Shown: piece by piece, positions 54,029 through 64,000 of the stretch
Position numbering within the stretch: the first letter of the stretch is position 1
Layout of the letters: each line of letters begins with the position of its first letter
Assembly: GCA_051294905.1 (NCBI GenBank)
Contig: CM119371.1
Span: forward strand, 37,822,001-37,886,000
Source: Botryllus schlosseri
Taxonomy: Eukaryota
Direction: 5' to 3'
Length of the DNA: 64,000 bases
Program-made: the position numbers and the translations under genes
The notes under the pieces: generated by a model
The model's database searches: none
Seen by the model: only the letters and a program-made list of their open reading frames with translations
Told to the model about the DNA's origin: nothing

Positions 54029-54467
54029 CAGAGATGAGCATGGATTAGGATTAGGTTTTGAAAAAACAGGATTTGTGAAATTTTCTCGGATTTGGATTGG
54101 ATTTGGATTAGACATTTTTTTCAGAACGGATTAGGATTTGGATTGGATTGACCTATTTTCTGGGAGATTGAAATGTCGTGTGGCGAATGGCGACAAACTT
54201 TATTCAGACCAGTTATTATTGTACTTAAGGTCACTATCCAACTCACTAAGTTATCTTGAATCAAGTGAATCGTTGGTTGTGAAAGAATATTTTCGAATCC
54301 CTCCATTGCATGAATTAGTATTTTTTCTGAATTTCCAGTTGGAATCGGATTAGGATTGGACATGGACTTGAGTATGTAAAAGTTATGGATTAGGATTTGG
54401 ATTTGGATTTGAAGGTTCGGATTTGGATTGGATTAGGACATAGAAATTTCAAATCCGCTCATCTCTG
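54029..54467. mobile_element. hAT-like MITE with GGATT(T/A) subterminal repeats
   Basis: TIR CAGAGATGAGC; TSD gtaggtat on both sides. Confidence 0.88.
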
Positions 54468-56765
54468 GTAGGTATATGTACTGCTGCAGTGATCGTATTT
54501 GGCTCCACCTACGAATTTAAAATGAGCATCACGACGGACCTACGTTCTCGTAACTCAAGTTTAGCATGCTCAAATAAGCCAATCAGTGTGATTAGTACGA
54601 ATTTTCACATAGAAAATGTGGTGCACACGACGAATCCCATGCAGTGAGCTCGAATTAGTGTTACCATGACGTCACGAATTTTTAATTGTGACGGAAAACT
54701 GGATTAAGGTGTATGACTCTTTGCCAGTAAAAATGAAAATATTAAGGCCGATATGGCTCTTCGGACGAAAAAGGTTCCCGACCACTGATCTATACGGTTA
54801 TATATAATTTCAATGATATTTTATGTGAACAATTTCACGAATACGTTGAGAAGGATCATTCCTTATTGGAAAAAGTTAGGATAACGCAAAGCATTCATAC
54901 GCTGAATTTGAAAAAGAGTTTGATTTATTGTTTTTATGCCTGGTCTTATAACTTTTGCTTTGATTTGTTTTTGTGACTTTTGCCTGCAACTACAATGGAA
55001 ATGTAAAACATCATCAAACTTAAAGTTGCAATTCTACTTTCGTGTTGCTCACCGGCAAAAAATGTCCTCTTTTTGGGTTCTGAAAATATGGTAAGCCTAG
55101 ATTACATGCTGACCTCAAGGGTAGCCTATAGAAATAATTACACACCGACACCAAGAGGTTTCATAGGCTAGTGCAGTGCTTTTCAACCTATGGGATGGTA
55201 CGCATTTGTGCGAATGAAAATAATTGCAGTGCGAATGACGTTCATTTTTCAGACGTGGACTAATTCGAGTAAACCTAATGGGAAATTCAAGGGCAGTGTC
55301 TCCCTAACGTTTGTAGATGCAACGCAATGGTAAAGACTTGTTTGACTTACGACGCACCACAAATAGCAGCTTTTACAATAACTTTGTCTTTCACAAGCCG
55401 TAGTGAATTAGAATTTTCGCACTATAATTATAACGTAACCAAAAGCATGGTTTGAAAACCGGGGTAGTAACAGACTTACAGTGTATCAGCCCGCCTGAGC
55501 CGGTGACACGCTCCAAAATGACGTCAAATTGACTTTCTGCTTTCTTTAGGTTTAGATGAGCAATCATCATATTTTCATAACAACAGTTGGATTAGCGCGA
55601 GGCACGAGGGCAGTAGTAAATACCATGATTACAGACTCACATTTGCAAGTTACTGTTGCGCAAATTTTTACCGCTTCAAGGGTTATTAAAGTATGGGCCG
55701 CAAAACACCATTGGACGGGTCTTCCAGTTTCAGAATGGCATAGGTATCCGCATTTCATGAGTGCTCGGGAACTCGTGAATAATGGTCAAGTATACTTTAA
55801 GATCCAGCAGAATGTATGATAAAATTGAATACCGACCACGCTATGTACATACCATACGACAGAAAACAGCAAGCCTGCCTCTTACCAGCCGTGGAACAAG
55901 GAGTACAAAATTTCGAAAAATCAACCCATCAATCTGCTTGGTATTGGACTTTTGTCAAATTAATCCATTTCTTTATTATAATGTTTCGCTTCGTTATCCA
56001 TTTCCCCAATATGTTCTTACGTGTCAGTGAATAATAAGATATTAACAGTGTCGCTGGGCGATTGCATGGTGCATTTAAAGTTGTAGGCCTATTCGTTTAC
56101 ATGGTGAATGACGCTCAGTCTTAGGTAATTTTGAGAATTGACAAGGCTGTGTGCAATATGAAAATAGTGTCTTGAACTCGGAAAAATATCTGCAGTGAAG
56201 TTTTGCATCACCCCAAACCACACCCCAAACCACAACAGCTGCTTAAAACCAGACATATATGGCATTTAAGTGGGCTAAGTAAAATCGCGGCACTCAAATT
56301 TGAGAGGAATCCCCCATTTTCAGCCGATTCTTCCAGCTCAACATACGCACAGATGCAAGAGGATAAGTAACAGAAAAAAGTAGCTAGAATATGCATAATG
56401 CATGGAAAACGGACTGAAAACCATGACTTTTTGAAAGTCGGTCGATTCTGAACAACCCTTGCACAGTATTCTGTATCAGACAGGAATGATCGATACGACC
56501 GTGAAGGTCAACTAGTCTGACCACACACGCATCAAACAGGTACACATGACTCTATAGTCTGGCTGAAAAAAATTTTAGGTAAAAAAGGAAAAGAAAAATG
56601 AAAAAGTAGAAGATGGTAACAAATGATCAAATGATCAATGAATCAATGTCCGGGCAAGGTAGGACAACAGCGTTTAGTTGTAAAAAAACCGCCTAGATCC
56701 GTTCTGATTTTGTGCAGTCTACATTGGCGCGACAAACGATATATCCTGATCTAATGGCCATCACT

Positions 56766-57122
56766 GCGGGGGAGATAGTGTAGTGGTTACGATACGCGCC
56801 CACCAAGCAGATTCCCGTCGGAGATTTATCTTCCCCTGCCGTTGCCGTTCTTACGGCGACAAAAAAGCCCAGAAAAAGACCCGACGAAGAAAGCACTCAC
56901 AAGGAATGGAAAGAACTAGTAGAAAGGGCCGCGGCTTCAAAAAAAGATCAACATCGAAAAGAACTGGGACATCGGGCACTCTAGGCCGAGGTGGATGTTA
57001 GAGTCAAGGATCGCTACTAATGCGTGTCGTTCGACATCCTCGTATCTGTTTATGATATCGCATTGTGTCTTATCGCATTGTACATTGTGTGTGACTTGTT
57101 CATGTTATGTTATGTTATGTTA
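56766..57122 (+). mobile_element. SINE family 3 with (TTATG)n tail and 49-bp flanking direct repeat
   Basis: Body matches 35267-35565. Direct repeats at 56718-56766 and 57123-57171. Confidence 0.78.
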
Positions 57123-58419
57123 TCTGCATTGGCGCGACAAACGATATATCCTGATCTAAGGACCATCACTGGGAAAATATATTTCCCAGCATTCGTCAGA
57201 TTGTTATATCGTGCTCAGAGCAGTGTTGGGATCAAGTCACCACCTTCGAGTCACGAGTCATTTCGAGTCATTGCACATTTTGACTCGAGTCAAGTCAAGT
57301 CAATCGATTTTCGAAGGGGACTCGAGTCAAGTCAAGTCAGTCGATTTTTGGAGGTGACTCGAGTCAAGTCGAGTCAAGTCAAGTCAAGTCACGAGTCAAG
57401 TCACAATTCAAGTCAAGATGCCCTTTCGAAGTATGAGGCATGATTACGTCATTGCATTTTACTAGCTGTCTGAAATACAGATTGAGTGGTCATTGATTCT
57501 GAACGGATATAGAGTTAAATATATACGCAAGAAGGCGCTGTATCGCTCACATATAGGGGCCTACGTAGAACTGTTAAACTACGGGTGTAATTGGATAGCC
57601 TCAGTCTATAGTTCCCAGCCAAAATAGAGAGTAAAGAACGAATTGATAAGATGTAATACACTACCCATTTAGGAATTGATATGATACAATTCGAGCCTAC
57701 GCCAATGGTTGAGGTTGCGGACTACATAAACTAAATTCGAATTCAATTTCAATAAGACAAGAGGTTTGGCTAAGGTAAAAACAGAGAACAGAAATAGATA
57801 TTTTGCTATTAAATTACTTCACTACTAGTTTACGACAACGTAAGCTGTAAGCTGCGATCACTTCGTTTCCGGTAAATTTATTTGTGAGAGAACAATGGAG
57901 GTTCAGTAAAACGCATGATAATTGAATGATTGGTCGCTCTCACGGGCTACACCAGCGTTTCGCGAACAATCTGACCATGTGCAAGAGACATAGATTTTTA
58001 TCGACACCGATTACTTGATGACTTGAAATTGACTCGTTGATTTTGCTCCGAGTCACGAGTCAATCCACATTTGTGATACGCCGAGTCAGGTCAAGTCATT
58101 TTAGCTAAGTGACTCGAGTCAAGTCAAGTCATACGAAAAAGGTTTTCTTCGGCTCACTAATTGGCACTAGATCTAGCTGTCAAGGAAAATAATATTAGCC
58201 GTATTTTCTAAGAAATTGTCGCAAAACAGTTTCAGCTCCAAAGGTGCCAAGGCTTGAAATAACCTTCCAGAAGAATATGGGTCGGTGCAGTATGATCGGT
58301 TCAAGATCAAATACCGCAATTTCCTTGTAGAAAAATACTTAAATGGCAATGATTTGCAATGACTGTGATGTAATACTGTTCCACTTGCAACGCCTTCTCC
58401 TTGGTTGTTGTTCAATAAT

Positions 58420-61004
58420 ATCAGTATCAGTATCAGTTTATTATTATTTTCATCATTTCAAACACCACACAACTGCGATACAATAAAAAGATAGGAAGGT
58501 GTCGAAACGACTTGGAGTAGTCCTTGAAATTAGGGATATCTAGATATCCCTGTTTGAAATCAGACACCCACCTTGGCCTCAGGGGTGGGCAAACTAGGGG
58601 AGACCGGGGACAATTGTAACACTTTTTTGTATTTTCTAACATTACGTGTTTTTCTCTTGGATATTTCATTTCCAAACGTTTATAAAGAAGCCAACAACTC
58701 GATATTTGATATAAAAACTAAAATGGAACTCAATCCACAATCAATCATGGTAATTTTGGGTCGCTCAAATCGTCGCTCAAATGTTACAATCGCCCCGTAC
58801 CCAGGGGAAATTGTAACGCCCATGCGGAGCAATTATAACAATGTTATTTGTAACTAAAAACAAACGAAATGAACAACAAAAACGGCAGCACAAATTGTAA
58901 TATTGCATTAAACTGAAACAGAGATGTTTGAACGCTTACAGGCTACGCCCCATCCCATTTTGGCATCGGAATAAAGTATCACCCCTCATGCCTTCTGCAT
59001 GAGTTCAAAGTGTGCAAGAAACATATTTATTCCATCATCTCCCCACACGTATTCGGCCTATTCTACCAACGTGCTGTAGTTCACCGTGCATAATAGGTTA
59101 GGCATTCGGTCACCTGCGAAAGTGCAAAGCCGACCTGGCTAAAATATCTTGGATGAATGGGCTGATGATAGTGTAACAGAACGAGGACACAACATTGTGT
59201 GGCATGAAAGCTAATGGTATTCTTCTGTTCTGTGCACAATCGAAATAAATTATTCACACCAAAGGACAAAATGTAAGTGGGCCATGCTGAAAGTTAGGGG
59301 ATGAGGATTCAGTAATGGCAAGCTCTTAAGTGGCCATTGAAGGTCGACACACCAAAAGTCGATCAACATGAGATAGGGTAGTAGAATCACGGAAATAACC
59401 GGACTCTAAGATTCACATCACCACTTCTGTATGGCCGTTCCGACAGAGGACCATGTTTGAATGGGTATGGCAAGGTAGTGTCTGTTCTGGTATTGAACTT
59501 CTGGCTGTTGCAAGACTCATCTGCAGTAGATAAATGGTTATACCAACATGTGAACACAGATATTCAGCATTGTAAAGATATTGTAACGGGGCAAAAGTAA
59601 CAGAGTGTTACAATTGCCCCTGACACACTCGACCATGATTAATGTCTACCTTCCCGGCGATGCAAGTCCTATTTTTCCTATCATCAGGGTACACTATGGT
59701 AACATTGTTCCAGCTACATATATTACATTGTAACCACTTGAGGTATTATCTTCTGAACAAATTATTCTAGACCAGAAAATATTTACTGAAGTCTCCAAAA
59801 TTTCGTTTTTTTCGAATTATTCCGGGGTTTCACGTCGTAGCTCAACGTAACTTCAGGTAGCCTATGTTAGGAGACATAACTACCGCATGTGCACTCGAAA
59901 TATGAAGGCGATTTCTCCATCCTACTAGCGGTGAGGTCGATTGTTACATTTGCCCCGTGTTACATTTGTCCCAGGTCTTCCCTACGGCTCGCGGGCAAAG
60001 CGACAAAATGAGGTGGCGTGGCGGAAGGCGAGATCGATATGTTAGGTCCTGCAATCCTGAAGGCCGACTAATATTCATTTGGAAGAAATTGCTTGTATTT
60101 CGACTTGAATGTGGACATGCTGTCGACTGTCGGAGGGCCGGCGGGATACTGTTCCACGTCAGGTCCGGCATATTTGGTGGAGTGATGATCTTTTCGGTCG
60201 ATCATATGATGTTTGGACGATGTGGACGCTCGTGTGTTGTAGGCCTACTTGTGCGTTTTTGATTCCGAGATAAAGAAGTCATTGAAATATTCGGGCAATG
60301 ACCGCAGTGGAACTGATATATAAACTTGGCGATTTCGAGTTTCCGCTTATCTTCTATGTTTAGGACACCTAATCTTTTCAGCAGCGAGTTGTTGGAAGGA
60401 CAACCAGTCCTATTTGGGGCCCGAGCTATGATACGGAGTACGTTATGCTGTAGTTTTTTGCAGTGGCTCGAGTGCAGTTTTACTGACATCCCCCCAACAG
60501 AGGATACCATATTTTAACATCGATTGGATTAAGGATTTAAAGAGTATCAGAAGAACCCAGGCTGGCATGAAATGTTCCAAGGCTGTAGAACATGCCACAT
60601 TTCGGTGATACGTTAGTGTCTAGGCTAGTGACTGAATAGGACATTTACCGGACATGTCCGAGTCCAGTAAAACGCCGAGGCATTTGGCATTTTTCGTGTT
60701 GGAAACGGGCTGACCAGCGATGTTAACGGTTAGGTCTTTTTTTTAATGTACTGTCAGCAATTGGGATTTCGATGCGTTTATGCAAAGGTTATTTTGGGCC
60801 ACTCATGCACTTTGGGCATTTGGTCTCTAGTCAGGGCATCCAGCTCGGCCGTCGAAGATGGGGAAGAGAGCGGTGTTGAGTATCATCAGTGAACACTGAA
60901 CAGTGTGGTGTGCATGAGGAGGTTTCAAAAATGTCGTTGGCATATAGGTGAAGAGAACCGGTCCAAGTACTGAGCCTTGCCAGGTACACCACGTGTCACC
61001 AGAT

Positions 61005-61005
<1 letters not shown>
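58420..61005 (-). mobile_element. Degenerate LINE (second family), RT to 3' tail, with nested insertions
   Basis: Minus strand QGSVLGPVLFT and LLKRLGVLNIEDKRKLEIAKFIYQFHCGHCP; 3' end AATAAA(CTGATA)n. Confidence 0.85.
58597..59982 (-). mobile_element. pogo/Tc1-mariner-like element remnant
   Basis: TIR GGG(G/A)AGACC(G/T)GGGACAA(T/A)TGTAACAC with TA duplication. Decayed minus-strand WNKYVSCTL*THAEG...FRCQN resembles the C-terminal PHD-type finger of pogo-like transposases. Confidence 0.72.
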
Positions 61006-61040
<35 letters not shown>

Positions 61041-61928
61041 TTTATTTTCATCAAATCAAAATACATAAAAAACAGACGGATAATTATGATGGTGGTACAG
61101 AAAATATGCATACGACAATGAAAGTCAACTAGTCTGATCACACCCGCATCAAACAGGTACACTAGACTCTATAAAGTCTGGCTGTAAAAAATGTTAGTTA
61201 AAAAAGGAAAAGGAAAAGAAAAAGTAAACGATGGTAGCAAATGATCAATGAAAGGCAATGTATGGGCAAGGTGGCGCAACAGAGTTAATATAATGACAAG
61301 GGGCGAATAAGTAGGTCTTTTTAAAAATCTGTTATTGGCAATGTACCCTCTAATTTTTCACGAGTCTGCGCGAACTCACCAACTCACTGCGCGATCCCTT
61401 GGACAACAGTGCGTGACGACAAAAAAAATATCACCACTTCGGCTTTTATGAGCACGGCACACGTTTTTCTGTGCGCGGCGACTTTAAAAGCAGTGCGCGG
61501 CCGCGCGCACCTTACATGGAACAGTGGTTGAGGCAATTCACGGATATGTTGTGGTAATTAATTCCAGATGATAGGTCTGCGGTAGCTTTCGATTGCTACC
61601 CGTTTTATCAAAATTAACGCTCGACAAAAATTACCGTTAAATTGCCTATAGCCAAATGTAAAGTGTAGATGTAGACCAATTTCACTGAGCAATGAGATTT
61701 GCCTGTGTCCACTCCACACCATCTAGGACACCATGCTGAAATGAATATGATTTGTAATGACTGTGTTGTAATACTGTTCCACTCTCTACGTCTTCTTTGT
61801 TCTTGCTTTTATGCATATTTTACACTATGTATACTCTGCTTCGATGTTTACTGCTGATTATCAATATCTTTTGTCTTTTGTAATTTTCATGTCAATTCAT
61901 ATTCGTTAGTCTTGATATGCCTGCATTG

Positions 61929-63218
61929 CAGAGATGGTCAAAGTAGTCAAGAAAGCTACGCAAATAGAAGTGGAAGTAGCGACGAAAAAATCTACTCAAG
62001 TTCGAGTAGAAGTACTTCTTTCATAAGCAACCTAAAAATACTTGAAGTAGAAGTAGATTTTACTGACTTTAAATCTACTCAAGTAAGTAAGTAAGTAGTT
62101 GTGAAAACGATCGTAATTCGTTCACATGGACTGTCAAAAGCTGTAAATTGAGCTATGCCGAAGGTGTAGAGAGCTTGATTGATATTGATGCATCCCAACT
62201 GTAAGAATAAGCAGAATACAGAATAATCAGTAGTTCACATCATGGGATGTAAATGATAGTATTGGTATGGAAATGCGATACTAATTCTTCGTCCATTCGA
62301 ACACCCTGTTTTAGATAATACCATGACATGGCGCCCTCTCCCATAATACAAGGCCCGAGTTCAGTCGAAAAGCAATACGGAGAAGTTGTGTTGGATACGG
62401 CTTTAACAGTTAGTGCGGTTAGTATACGTTAATTAAAAATATGGCAGATCGTAAAAATGCCATATAGTGTATAGCTGTATTTCCTGAAAATATAAGGTAA
62501 TACTAAAATTGCTTTTATACTTCAACAGGTATGTTTTCCAGACAAAAGAACTGAAACTACAATTAGAACTCAACGTATAACACTCGTAATTGAAAGAAAA
62601 ATACAAATACTACTTCTAAAAAGCGGAAAATATATTTGATGTCTTTTGCCCAGAAAGTTTCAACGGTGGTCTGCTAAAACAGGTCTAACGTTTAAAAAAA
62701 GTCAAAGTTCACGTTTCCAGATTAGGACACGTCACGGGCTGATAGGTATAAAAGGTTATTGCTAGATTGTGGAACGATAGTTTCAAACGTTATTGGGGGC
62801 CATACTCACTGTGATGAAATATCTCGTATAGGCGACAATGCGGTGTGAACTGAACCACGCAACCCGGTATCTAAATTATTTTCAGCGATACTTTCGTAAA
62901 ACATATTTGTCAATCCATATCTACTGCGCGCGAAGCGCAACGAAAATTCTGGGTATACCATGACTTTTATGAAAATTAAATGTTGGTACTACGTTAAAAC
63001 ATCCCCGAAATTCCTTAGATTATCTCTCTTGTTGGTAGATTAAACTACTTCTACTTGACAAACTGAAAATAGCGAAAAGTAAGTAAGTAGTTCAAAAAAT
63101 ATTACGAAGTAGAAGTAGAAGTAGCGAAAAAAGATCTACTTGTGTAAGTACCAGAAGTAGAGGAAAACTACTTGAGTACTTCGAAAAAGTAGAAGTACTT
63201 CGTTACTGACCACCTCTG
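61929..63218. mobile_element. Second, inverted copy of the 1.28-kb (CTACTT)n element
   Basis: Colinear reverse complement of 39112-40391; TSD ctgcattg on both sides. Confidence 0.9.
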
Positions 63219-63349
63219 CTGCATTGATATATTTACTCGTTTATAACTCCGCTGGTTGGCGACTGAATCTAATACCTTCCGGTCCCTTGTCGTCTCTCAA
63301 TCTGCATGTGGTCTTTGTTGGTGCGATGAATAAAACATACTTACTGACT

Positions 63350-63584
63350 GAGCGAGATAGTGTTAAGGTTATGCGTCCGGCTTCTCGATCGGTAGGCCGT
63401 GGGTTCGATCCCCGGCCGGGACCAAAGACTCGAAAATTGGTATCCGCAGCTATCCTGCTAGGCGCTCAGCAATCACGAATAGCATGGGGGAGAAAAAAAC
63501 GGGGGCGCAGACTAGATGACCTCACGGCCGCATCGCAACTCCGTCAAAGCATCTCGATGGTGCAGGCGAAAAAGAATATCATGC

Positions 63585-63619
<35 letters not shown>
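63350..63619 (+). mobile_element. Full-length tRNA-derived SINE family 2 with (TC)n tail
   Basis: tRNA-like head with B box GGTTCGATCCC, central ccaaagactcgaaaattggtatcc...ggcgctcagca block and (TC)n tail. Confidence 0.88.
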
Positions 63620-63622
<3 letters not shown>

Positions 63623-64000
63623 GTGCGCACTGCCTGTTACGGTGATACGGCCGTTCGTAGCGGACATGACACTGTAGTTACACTTTGATGCAATGGATTG
63701 ATTTGGAACCGTTTTCACTTTTCTGGTCAGTGACTCGGCCGACTCGGTGGTCGCCTTTCGTGTCTTTTGCGCCTGGGCTGGTAATACAATACTTGAACTT
63801 GACGCTTGTAATCCAGCTGTCGGAAAGTGTCCGCGATCCTAAAATATTTACTCCGTAGTATGGAAATGAACATCTTAGGTATTCTCGCGACCAAAACATT
63901 TTGATTTTGATGAAGATAATTATAGAATGGGCTATGACTATACTGAGACGGTATGAGCATTAGCAATTTTAACAGAATCTACTTCTCGAGGTCTAATTTT

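Larger units (their letters stand above)
46501..54788. mobile_element. 8.3-kb composite Buster-type hAT element
   Basis: CAGCGGTCGGGAACC...GGTTCCCGACCACTG with ATATGGCTC subterminal motifs and perfect TSD atctatac. Confidence 0.88.
46140..55099. mobile_element. Outer Blackjack-like hAT element (TAGGnTTACCATAT ends) hosting nested insertions
   Basis: Left end ...TTACCATATGTCCTC, right end ATGTCCTC...ATATGGTAAGCCTA; flanks gattatat/gattacat. The left TIR is degraded. Family members at ~10296-10650 and 14330-14646. Confidence 0.55.

Noticed and set aside
55550..55820. Possible fourth lectin exon (SWISAR or WTGL motifs)
   Set aside because: The motifs lie in different frames, there is an early stop, and there is no FxNC or CExC ending.

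Overview
This is AT-rich, repeat-dense eukaryotic (animal) DNA. Spliceosomal introns, tRNA-derived SINEs, LINE fragments and many hAT/EnSpm/pogo/PIF elements point to an invertebrate. An ascidian or other marine deuterostome is a guess, not shown by the sequence. The ORF track mostly misses the real genes because they are split into small exons. Manual splicing gives three tandem, same-strand paralogues (A 1987-10084, B 16265-23572, C 40562-45977). All have six coding exons with identical intron phases (1,0,1,0,2). Each encodes a signal peptide, a Pro/Gln/Tyr-rich low-complexity segment ending in a short hydrophobic motif, a Thr-rich mucin-like stalk and an atypical C-type lectin-like domain (no EPN/QPD/WND motif, extra C-terminal CExC cysteine). 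Copy C has a 1-nt frameshift. Much of the rest is transposon-derived. It includes a four-level nested stack at 46140-55099 carrying an EnSpm/CACTG element with duplicated SAMD3-like ORF2 exons, two long fold-back palindromes, three SINE families and LINE remnants. All calls are by eye; no database search was run.
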